Assembly: GCA_043826455.1 (NCBI GenBank)
Contig: JBDRQD010000052.1
Coordinates: 1 to 13,865, forward strand
DNA from: Candidatus Bathyarchaeota archaeon
GTDB lineage: Archaea > Thermoproteota > Bathyarchaeia > TCS64
Direction: 5' to 3'
Length of the DNA: 13,865 nucleotides
The notes under the pieces: model-generated
Told to the model about the DNA's origin: nothing
Databases searched by the model: none
Seen by the model: the letters and a program-made list of their open reading frames with translations, nothing else
Translations under genes and position numbers: made by a program
In this document: piece by piece, positions 7,761-13,865 of the stretch
Layout: the number at the start of each line of letters is the position of its first letter
How positions within the stretch are numbered: position 1 is the first letter of the stretch

Positions 7761-8151
7761 CACATACCTGGACAAGGAGCACCCCGAGTTCAACCCCCAC
7801 GAGAACGTGTGCGCCAACTGCGGCGCCCCCATACGCTTCCTCAAGGATGGATACTTCCACGAGGATGCGGTACCATGGGCGTCCAGGAGGCTCTGCTCCA
7901 GGTGCTGGGCATTACACAAGGCCAAGATCGGCGATAGCGGCCACAGCGCACCCGGGAAGCGGTGCCCCTTCCCCTGGATGGGTGACAGGTGCAGCCTAAA
8001 CGAGCGCGGGTTGTGCAGCGGTGCCTGCGCACTCAACTCGACGTACCGTGCCTGGGAGGGTTTGAAGTGGTGGATAACCGACTACGAGAGGTGCATACAG
8101 GACCACGAGGCCATAATCAGGCTGATGGAGGCTGACGGCCGTGAGTCGTAG
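7744..8151 (+). CDS. Cys-rich putative zinc-finger protein, 135 aa
   Basis: CANC...CSRC plus CPF...RC...LCSGAC, and a helical C-terminus. Confidence 0.7.
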   Translation: MRSVFDTYLDKEHPEFNPHENVCANCGAPIRFLKDGYFHEDAVPWASRRLCSRCWALHKAKIGDSGHSAPGKRCPFPWMGDRCSLNERGLCSGACALNSTYRAWEGLKWWITDYERCIQDHEAIIRLMEADGRES

Positions 8152-8329
8152 CCTGGAGGCTGCTGCGGGGTGGGTGCCCCACAGGGTCTGCGGCCAGTGT
8201 CTATGGATTCGTGACTACTGTAGGCGTTACATCTGTTTCATCCACGGAGAGGCGGGCCGCACCGTGAGGGCCGACATGGACGCCACGTTCTGCGAAGGCT
8301 TCGAGGAGGGGAGGATAAACGAGTTTTAG
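8141..8329 (+). CDS. Small Cys-rich protein, 62 aa
   Basis: CGQC...YICFIH...FCEGF pattern typical of small viral C4 proteins. GGAGG at 8127-8131 precedes the GTG. Confidence 0.65.
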   Translation: MSRSLEAAAGWVPHRVCGQCLWIRDYCRRYICFIHGEAGRTVRADMDATFCEGFEEGRINEF

Positions 8330-8894
8330 GACTATTTGCTTTGACCTCGACGGCGTGCTTGCCGAGTACGACGGGTGGAGAGGCCCCGACCACATAGGGA
8401 AGCCCATCCCCGAGGGAGTTGAGCTCGCCAAACATCTGCGAGAGCTGGGCTATCAAATCATCATCTTCACCTCCCGGCTTAACGGCCAGTGGCCGGGCGT
8501 GGACTACGTGGCCTCGCGGAGAGTTGTAGAGGGGTGGCTTGAAAAGTACAGCGTACCCTACGACAGCGTCGCCACCCAGATGGATGGGAAGCCCTTCGCC
8601 GACGCCTACGTTGACGACAGGGCGGTTCACTTCAACCGGGGCGACCCGGGCATCCTCACGAAGATACTCCACACAGCTTCATCGGGGTGGAAGGAGGCGG
8701 TGAGGAGTGAGAGAATCGAGCTGGTGGGCCTGTGCGGTGAGCCTGTGCAGGTCAAGGTTTGGCGTCAGGGCCACAGCATCAAGTGCCCCAGGAGAGGCGC
8801 CACGACGATACGCTACTGGAGGCCGGACCCCGTCGAGGCCGAGGCCGCCGACTTCTGTAAAACATGCTGGCACCTGAAGGAGGCCGAGACATGA
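8319..8894 (+). CDS. HAD-superfamily phosphatase (viral/capless type) with Cys-containing C-terminal extension; probable ACG start at 8319
   Basis: Motif I ICFDLDGVL (codons 8334-8360, mostly upstream of the track start 8355), motif II IFTSR, and motifs III/IV GKPFADAYVDDRA. The tail carries C...CP...FCKTC. GGAGG at 8305-8309 and 8310-8314. Confidence 0.85.
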   Translation, partial: TSFRTICFDLDGVLAEYDGWRGPDHIGKPIPEGVELAKHLRELGYQIIIFTSRLNGQWPGVDYVASRRVVEGWLEKYSVPYDSVATQMDGKPFADAYVDDRAVHFNRGDPGILTKILHTASSGWKEAVRSERIELVGLCGEPVQVKVWRQGHSIKCPRRGATTIRYWRPDPVEAEAADFCKTCWHLKEAET

Positions 8895-9040
8895 GACCAG
8901 CCTATCAATGCCCAGGGTGTGGCCGGATTCTACTGTACCTGGGTAAGAGACGCTATACCTGCACAAACCCGGGGTGCAGAGTGAAACTGGTAGCCGTGAC
9001 GAATCTGGGCAGCGTCAGGATAAAGGAGGCTGAGGCTTGA
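8891..9040 (+). CDS. Zinc-ribbon protein, 49 aa (MRPAYQCPGCGRILLYLGKRRYTCTNPGCRVKLVAVTNLGSVRIKEAEA)
   Basis: Not in the ORF track. Overlaps both neighbours by 4 nt, GGAGG at 8879-8883, CPGC...CTNPGC. Confidence 0.75.
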   Translation: MRPAYQCPGCGRILLYLGKRRYTCTNPGCRVKLVAVTNLGSVRIKEAEA

Positions 9041-9828
9041 CCGGGTACGTGCCCCTCCGACACTTCCGGCGCAGCGCCGGCAACATGTTCGAGAGCGTGG
9101 ACTATACCTTCACCTACTATCAGGGCTGCGGCTTCGACGACGTGTACTACCCGTGCCCCGTGTGCTGGGCCAAGCTCATGGGCGTAAGCCACGAGGCCCG
9201 CCTGGTCTGGGAGGACCCTGAGGCCCTGATCCCCGCCAGCATACGCGGGACCATATTCCTCAACAGCGCCCACGACTGGCTGGCCCCGCGCATCCCCGAC
9301 CAGTGGATAAGTGACATGATCAGGTGGATGAGCCGCCAGGACCCCAGCATCAGGTTCTACCTCCAATCCAAGTTCCTCCCACGGGCCAGGGACTTCTTCG
9401 ACGAGCTCTACACGCTCCGGGACCGGGTGATCCTGGGCACCACCCTCATGACCACCAGCCAGAGCCTCCTGGACGACGCAGGGTTCAAGGTCACCCCAGT
9501 CAAGGACCTGTACGACACCCTTTGCTTCTTCAGGGACGCCGGGTTCAGTGTCCGGCTGAGCCTGGAGCCCCTGTACAGCTTCAACTCCCGCGTCATGTCC
9601 TACATGGTACGGCGGCTGGAGCCGGAGGTGGTGGAGATAGGGCTGGACAACTACCTGAAGAGGCATCGCCTGCCGATTCCTCAGCCCACCAGGGAGAGCG
9701 TCCAGCTGCTCCTCCAGATGCTGACGCCCCTAACCAACACCAGGGTCGTCCTGAAGAAGGGCCTGAGGAGGTGGCTCAACGAGCCGGATAAGCCTCACGC
9801 AGCCGAGGAGGAGGCAGAGGCATGCTAA
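9037..9828 (+). CDS. DUF5131 / phage Gp37-Gp68-like (radical-SAM-like) protein
   Basis: GNMFESVDYTF...GC-x8-CPVCWA three-Cys motif, IFLNSAHD, IPDQWI, FYLQSK, ILGTT, LSLEPL and VEIGLD match this family's motif order. TTG start with GGAGG at 9025-9029. Confidence 0.75.
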   Translation: MTGYVPLRHFRRSAGNMFESVDYTFTYYQGCGFDDVYYPCPVCWAKLMGVSHEARLVWEDPEALIPASIRGTIFLNSAHDWLAPRIPDQWISDMIRWMSRQDPSIRFYLQSKFLPRARDFFDELYTLRDRVILGTTLMTTSQSLLDDAGFKVTPVKDLYDTLCFFRDAGFSVRLSLEPLYSFNSRVMSYMVRRLEPEVVEIGLDNYLKRHRLPIPQPTRESVQLLLQMLTPLTNTRVVLKKGLRRWLNEPDKPHAAEEEAEAC

Positions 9829-10067
9829 CCCTGGAGAGAGAATTGGTGGACATCTACAGGAGCCAGCTTCTCAGGGTGGCCGAGGCCGGGGACCTTAGCG
9901 GCCTCAGCGGTGAGGACCAGGCCATACTCCGGGAGGCCGGGGTCCTGGTGGAGTACCTGGACTGGAAGAACGGCGGCACCTACACGGGGCTCAGCCCAGA
10001 CGCCCGCCGCGTCGCCCTGAGGCTGCCCAGCGCCAGGATCATCAGGTGGAGGGTTACCGGATGGTGA
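9822..10067 (+). CDS. Hypothetical protein, 81 aa (possibly winged-helix-like)
   Basis: GGAGG at 9810-9814. Helices followed by LREAGVLV...TYTGLSPDAR. Confidence 0.65.
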   Translation: MLTLERELVDIYRSQLLRVAEAGDLSGLSGEDQAILREAGVLVEYLDWKNGGTYTGLSPDARRVALRLPSARIIRWRVTGW

Positions 10068-10123
10068 TTAGAGCAATGCCTAGTGAGGCGACCCGAGTTT
10101 CAGAAGGAGAGAGAAAAGCATGA
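10061..10123 (+). CDS. 20-aa bridging mini-ORF (MVIRAMPSEATRVSEGERKA)
   Basis: GGAGG at 10048-10052, ATG 10061 inside the end of the upstream gene, and TGA 10121-10123 overlapping ATG 10120. Confidence 0.4.
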   Translation: MVIRAMPSEATRVSEGERKA

Positions 10124-10521
10124 ATGAATTAAGATGCCCTGTATGTGGGTTCAAACTACAGTATAGAGCCAATCGAAAAGGATGGGTCTGTAAAAACTGG
10201 AAATGCCCCAACTACGTAAAAATGTCCTATGGTACAACGGTGTGGACCGTAGAAAATCCCCCACCACCAATATCAATTAAAGTAGGTCAAATAGTTCCAG
10301 TAACATATCTTTTTGAGTTAATTACAGGAGAGATCGTTAAACTATCAGAGACTAAAGCATGGGTGAAGTACAAATATAAAGGAAAAACAAAGGTTAGAAA
10401 AGCCTCGTACCTGGATTTATTGGATTACAAAAAATGGTGTGACGACGAAAAATCTGATCCTAATAGCTACTACAATCAAGAGATAGCGTCCACTGGCTCA
10501 GATAGGAGACGGACAGAATGA
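10120..10521 (+). CDS. Zinc-ribbon protein with basic C-terminal beta-domain, AT-rich gene
   Basis: CPVCG...WVCKNWKC. The IKVGQIV...GEIVKLSETKAWVKY segment is SH3/KOW-like. Codon usage is visibly A/T-richer than in neighbouring genes. Confidence 0.75.
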   Translation: MNELRCPVCGFKLQYRANRKGWVCKNWKCPNYVKMSYGTTVWTVENPPPPISIKVGQIVPVTYLFELITGEIVKLSETKAWVKYKYKGKTKVRKASYLDLLDYKKWCDDEKSDPNSYYNQEIASTGSDRRRTE

Positions 10522-10772
10522 GCATAATTACTCTTCCTGAAATGCAGAGACATTGTCCTAACTGTCACTCTCTTCACCATTTTATGGAAGACGTAGAAAT
10601 ACCATTCACCTGCCCTAAATGTGGAACCATTTTAGCCATGAAACTGGTTGTCGATGAACCCCAGGAAGAAACCAGCATTAGGGTACACGGTGGCAAATGC
10701 GAAGACCTGGACACCGGACTCAGAGAGATACTGAAGCCGCCGACCCTTAATGTGGAGGACCAGAAGGGATGA
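10518..10772 (+). CDS. Zinc-ribbon protein, 84 aa
   Basis: CPNC...FTCPKCG, with ATGA overlaps at both ends. Confidence 0.75.
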   Translation: MSIITLPEMQRHCPNCHSLHHFMEDVEIPFTCPKCGTILAMKLVVDEPQEETSIRVHGGKCEDLDTGLREILKPPTLNVEDQKG

Positions 10773-10915
10773 TGCGGGTCTACTCTGATAAGCCATGTCG
10801 GCGGTGCGGCTCCACAGAGAAAGTCATTGTACTGGCTGGTGGCCCCTATGTGCGGCTCTGTGAGAAGTGTTACAGTGGGCTCACCCAGAAAACAAACGAG
10901 CAGGAGGAGCCATGA
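10769..10915 (+). CDS. C4 zinc-finger protein, 48 aa (MMRVYSDKPCRRCGSTEKVIVLAGGPYVRLCEKCYSGLTQKTNEQEEP)
   Basis: Not in the ORF track. ATGA overlaps at both ends, GGAGG at 10754-10758, CRRC...LCEKC. Confidence 0.7.
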   Translation: MMRVYSDKPCRRCGSTEKVIVLAGGPYVRLCEKCYSGLTQKTNEQEEP

Positions 10916-11211
10916 CCGTCAACGAGCCTTTCACCCTGGAGCCCGTGGCCTCCAAGCACCAGAGCTCACGGTACGCCGTGGTGGTGGTGTTCAACGACGC
11001 CCGCATGGCTCCACGGGTGGAGAGCCTCATGGATAAATACGCCAAAGTCACGCAGAGGCACTACATATCCGTCCAGGACCGCTACGGCAACCCCATAGAC
11101 AGGATAGCAGTGTATATACTGGAAGATGTGGTGAGTGATAGGGATATAAAAAGTACATTAAAAAACATAGAATTATCGGGAAATATAGAAATCATCATAA
11201 AAAAGTGTTGA
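10912..11211 (+). CDS. Hypothetical protein, 99 aa (MTVNEPFTLEP...), last gene of the early operon
   Basis: Start revised from 10867 to ATG 10912, which follows GGAGG 10903-10907 and has an ATGA overlap. Confidence 0.65.
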   Translation: MTVNEPFTLEPVASKHQSSRYAVVVVFNDARMAPRVESLMDKYAKVTQRHYISVQDRYGNPIDRIAVYILEDVVSDRDIKSTLKNIELSGNIEIIIKKC

Positions 11212-11214
11212 AGT

Positions 11215-11240
11215 AAAAGATAGCAAGGGGTATATTAACA
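11215..11240 (+). promoter_or_regulatory. Putative archaeal promoter (purine-rich BRE plus TATA box TATATTAA at 11231-11238) for the membrane-protein operon
   Basis: AAAAGATAGCAAGGGG-TATATTAA lies in the only sizeable intergenic gap of the window. Confidence 0.55.
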
Positions 11241-11371
11241 CTTTCACGGCACAGTCTCCCGATTCGGTTGACTGCGGGGAGCCACGTTAAACCTGTTACC
11301 ACATCCATTAGCAATCTCTCAGCTTCTCATGTTCCCGGCGGCCAGCCTGAACCAAAGGAGGAAAAAGAAGA

Positions 11372-12286
11372 ATGAAACAGAGTCAAGCCTATGCAGCCAA
11401 GCGCCTAATCACAGCAGCAGTTACACTAGGCATCCTACTAGCGTCACTGGGGTTCTCAGGCATAATCACGGTGCCCCTCGCCGAAGGCGCGGCGGCCCGC
11501 GTCTACTTCCAGGCCGCCAGCCCAGACAAGAGCGGATACGCCATAGACGAGGCGGTGAACATCAACGTCAAGTACAAGTGGGAGGGCCTCACAGCCAACA
11601 CGACGGTGACCCTCCAGCTGTGGAACGCCACGAACCTCATGGAGGCCCTGGGCACCTACATAGCGATCTACAACGTCGGCACCACCCTCACCCCCAGCGG
11701 CACAGAGACAGTCCAGTACGCGCCCACAGTTGAGCTCACAGAGGATACAGGCACCAAATCCTACAGCCTCAAGATGCTCAGCGGCGGAATCGTCGTAGAC
11801 ACAGCGTCAATCGCAATCGTCGTCGCGGCCGGGCAGGTCACCATGAGCATAACCTGGCAGGACCAGAACAACGACAGGGTCGTGGACGTTAACGAGCTGG
11901 TTACCTTCACCGCATACGTGAACTGGGCCTTCGTGGAGACCACGGAGGCGCACAGCCTCTACGTGAACTACGGGGACGGCGAGAAGCTGCTCAGCAGCAT
12001 CAGCGTCACCTCGGGCTCAGGGAGCCAGACGGTCACAGACAGCCACGGATTCGGGTCAACGGGAGCCAAGACGGTGACCTTCACGTTGAAGGACGCCACA
12101 GGCACAGTCGTTAAGACCAGCGCAGCCGCAATCAGCGTAGGAGCAGCGGCACCGACGCCTGCGGCCCCGGCGCAGACGAGCATCGTGGGCCTCATCACGG
12201 CTAACTGGCAGATACTGGCGATCCTGGTTGCGGTGGGCGTAGTCGGCTACGTGTACCTGGGCGACGGCAAGAAGCGCGGGAAGTAG
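11372..12286 (+). CDS. Type I membrane/surface protein: N-terminal signal or anchor, Thr/Ser/Val-rich beta-sandwich (Ig/PKD-like) ectodomain, C-terminal TM; candidate virion spike/envelope protein
   Basis: Hydrophobic N-terminus, two apparent beta-rich domains (VNYGDG...HGFGSTGAKTVTFTLKD is PKD-like), AAAPTPAAPA linker, C-terminal TM then KKRGK, sequons NTT and NAT. GGAGG at 11357-11361. Confidence 0.75.
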   Translation: MKQSQAYAAKRLITAAVTLGILLASLGFSGIITVPLAEGAAARVYFQAASPDKSGYAIDEAVNINVKYKWEGLTANTTVTLQLWNATNLMEALGTYIAIYNVGTTLTPSGTETVQYAPTVELTEDTGTKSYSLKMLSGGIVVDTASIAIVVAAGQVTMSITWQDQNNDRVVDVNELVTFTAYVNWAFVETTEAHSLYVNYGDGEKLLSSISVTSGSGSQTVTDSHGFGSTGAKTVTFTLKDATGTVVKTSAAAISVGAAAPTPAAPAQTSIVGLITANWQILAILVAVGVVGYVYLGDGKKRGK

Positions 12287-12298
12287 GAGGTCCAAGTC

Positions 12299-13081
12299 TT
12301 GAACAAGGACCGTAAGCTACTCCTGGTCGTCGCAGTAGCCGCCATGATGGCTGTGGGCTATTTGGCCCTCACACCCATCTTCGTGGCGGGCGCCAACGCG
12401 TCAGGCAGCAGCACAGCCGGGGACAGCACACCCTACGGGGAGAACCTGGAGATACACATCGGCAGCGGCGCACAGACCAGCGGCCAGGCCAGCGTCATAA
12501 ACTTCGTCATACCGGCCTCGTGGCTCGCCAGCCTCAGCGACGAGGACACCCAGAACGTGTACGCGGTGAACGCCACCTACAAGAGCCAGGAGGTGGTCAC
12601 CATGAGCTACAGCCTCAGCGTCACCTACAGCAACGTCAACACCATCGCGGCCACCGTCAAGGTGAAGGCCATAGACAAGGCCGACGCCAGCATGCACGAG
12701 TACACCATCGCCAACGCTAAGAGCATCAGCGGAGCCTCGCCCATAGCTGACAACGGCAACACGCAGCCAACCATCACCCAGCACCTCACAGACATCACGG
12801 CCAGCGCCACAAGCGCCTCGGTGAAGTACCAGATATACTGCCTGGTCACGGGCACGGGCACGGTGTCAGGGGACACCCTCACAGCCACCGTGGAGTACAC
12901 AGACTTCGGTTGCCTGAGCTACGTCAGGAGCACAGAGGCGAGCAACGCCGAGGTGACGCCCACGGTCAGCGTGGCCAGCTGGGTGGACGACGCGCTTGGA
13001 CTACCGAATGGCTCCGCACTCACCATCGTAGCCATAGTAGCGATAGTCGCGGCCTACAAGGTGGTGAAGCGGTACCGGTGA
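12299..13081 (+). CDS. Membrane-anchored surface protein (N-terminal signal/TM, beta-rich ectodomain, C-terminal TM); candidate virion protein
   Basis: TTG start after GGAGG 12286-12290. MNKDRK followed by a hydrophobic helix, a Thr/Ser/Ala-rich body with sequons NAS, NAT and NGS, and a C-terminal TM followed by KVVKRYR. Confidence 0.75.
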   Translation: MNKDRKLLLVVAVAAMMAVGYLALTPIFVAGANASGSSTAGDSTPYGENLEIHIGSGAQTSGQASVINFVIPASWLASLSDEDTQNVYAVNATYKSQEVVTMSYSLSVTYSNVNTIAATVKVKAIDKADASMHEYTIANAKSISGASPIADNGNTQPTITQHLTDITASATSASVKYQIYCLVTGTGTVSGDTLTATVEYTDFGCLSYVRSTEASNAEVTPTVSVASWVDDALGLPNGSALTIVAIVAIVAAYKVVKRYR

Positions 13082-13368
13082 ACCCCCTTTTTTTTCATTT
13101 AGTGTCATCAGCTGAGGCGGGCAGCGTCACAGAGGTGTTCGCTGTCCTCGCCGCAGCGGCAGTCGGGCTCTTCGCCTTCTACAAGCTTGGGACGGTGGAG
13201 AGCGTCATCAAGACCATCGCGACGGTGGTCATATTCATCGGCGGCCTTTACGCCGCCGGTTTCGTCTTCCCGTCCCTCCAGGAGGCGGGGTGGTACCAGC
13301 TCATCGCGTGGATCGTTGAGGTGGGACCCAGACTGATCCTGGAGCAACTTGGAGGAACAAAATCATGA
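13078..13368 (+). CDS. Small membrane protein, about 96 aa with 2-3 hydrophobic helices (start uncertain: GTG 13078, 13102 or 13135)
   Basis: VFAVLAAAAVGLFAFYKLG and IATVVIFIGGLYAAGFVF helices. GGTGA 13063-13067 precedes GTG 13078, and the stop overlaps the next ATG. Confidence 0.7.
   Translation: MNPLFFHLVSSAEAGSVTEVFAVLAAAAVGLFAFYKLGTVESVIKTIATVVIFIGGLYAAGFVFPSLQEAGWYQLIAWIVEVGPRLILEQLGGTKS
13083..13100 (+). terminator. Putative archaeal oligo-T terminator/attenuator CCCCCTTTTTTTTCATTT
   Basis: Run of 8 T at 13088-13095 immediately after the stop of the 260-aa gene; it is the only such tract on the plus strand. Confidence 0.55.
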
Positions 13369-13865
13369 TAGCGTGGATACTTTTAGCGGTCCTGCTCGGG
13401 GCCGGCGGCCTCATCTACCTTGTCCAGCTGGGCGGGTCAACGCCAGCCATAGTTGAGACTCTGGTCTCGCCTCTCACCGTCTCGGTTGAGAGGCTGTTCA
13501 CCATCCTGGGTTACCTGGCTCCGCTGCTCATCGCGGTGGTGCCTCTGTACCTGGTGCTGAACAGTAAGAGCCTGGGGAAGGACAGGCGGCAGATGGTTGT
13601 GTTCGGCGCCGTCTTCGGCCTAGCCCTATACGGCATCGCCATCTTCACGGGCCTGGACACGCTTCTAGCCCAGGAGATGCGGAGCAGCTGGATGGTGGGC
13701 AGCACCCTCGGCGTGGCCGTCACGACCCTGGGGGCCGCCGCCGAGTGGGTCATCGGCCTCTTCACGGGGCTTCTGCTCTGGGGGGCAGGCTTAGCACTTG
13801 TAATCATCGGGGGCTTCCTTGACGCCCTGATAGGCGTCGGGGAGGCAGCCAGGCACGGTAAACGC
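13365..13865 (+). CDS. Multi-pass membrane protein, 3' end outside the window
   Basis: Not in the ORF track because there is no stop. ATG 13365 follows GGAGG 13351-13355 and the frame is open for 167 codons: MIAWILLAVLLGAGGLIYLVQLGG...FTILGYLAPLLIAVVPLYLVL...VVFGAVFGLALYGIAIFTG...WVIGLFTGLLLWGAGLALVIIGGFLDALIG..., at least 4 TM helices. Confidence 0.8.
   Translation, partial: MIAWILLAVLLGAGGLIYLVQLGGSTPAIVETLVSPLTVSVERLFTILGYLAPLLIAVVPLYLVLNSKSLGKDRRQMVVFGAVFGLALYGIAIFTGLDTLLAQEMRSSWMVGSTLGVAVTTLGAAAEWVIGLFTGLLLWGAGLALVIIGGFLDALIGVGEAARHGKR

Larger units (their letters stand above)
1..13865 (+). mobile_element. Segment of a probable archaeal virus/provirus: early/replication operon followed by a membrane-protein (putative virion) operon
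   Basis: All credible genes are on one strand with 4-nt start/stop overlaps. Content is ParB-like, SSAP, AAA+ replication ATPase, DUF5131, HAD and many small Zn-finger orphans, with no cellular housekeeping genes. Expression signals are archaeal-type. No integrase or att site is visible, so free virus versus provirus cannot be decided. Confidence 0.8.

Noticed and set aside
11329..11733. Arg/His-rich alternative-frame plus-strand ORFs (also 1934-2266, 5530-5856, 9324-9791, 12520-12720)
   Set aside because: Their composition is typical of frame-shifted readings of GC3-rich genes, and they are nested in better-supported CDSs.
161..13807. All minus-strand ORFs in the track (e.g. 3163-3840, 5501-6106, 6110-6811, 8953-9666)
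   Set aside because: They are antisense shadows of GC-rich plus-strand genes, with no SD signals or recognisable motifs, and the plus strand is already fully tiled.
1..13865. Integrase, transposase, att site, tRNA, terminase/portal/HK97 capsid, DNA polymerase or primase
   Set aside because: No supporting motifs were recognised by eye; they may lie outside the window or be too divergent.

Overview
A gene-dense, entirely plus-strand segment of what is most likely an archaeal virus or provirus (or another mobile element). Evidence for an archaeal host: frequent ATA/AGG codons, GGAGG/GGTGA ribosome-binding sites, a TATA-box promoter and an oligo-T terminator. No housekeeping genes are present. 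Positions ~1-11211 form one long translationally coupled early/replication operon. It encodes a ParB/Srx-like protein, a 215-aa orphan with a faint RAMP/Cas7-like pattern, a Rad52-like single-strand annealing protein, a YkgJ (CxxCxxCC) protein, a large AAA+ replication ATPase/helicase, a HAD phosphatase, a DUF5131/Gp37-Gp68 radical-SAM-like protein and many small Cys-rich zinc-finger proteins. After the only real intergenic gap (11212-11371, with a promoter) a second operon begins, made only of membrane-anchored proteins, consistent with an enveloped-virion structural module. Notable sequence-level observations: a probable replication origin (inverted TGACGCTA iterons around an AT-rich core) lying in-frame inside the helicase gene, two genes that seem to need non-canonical starts (CTG at 4835, ACG at 8319), an extended GGAGGC-N-GAG junction motif, and two tiny ORFs that bridge neighbouring genes. 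All product calls come from motif recognition by eye; no searches were run.
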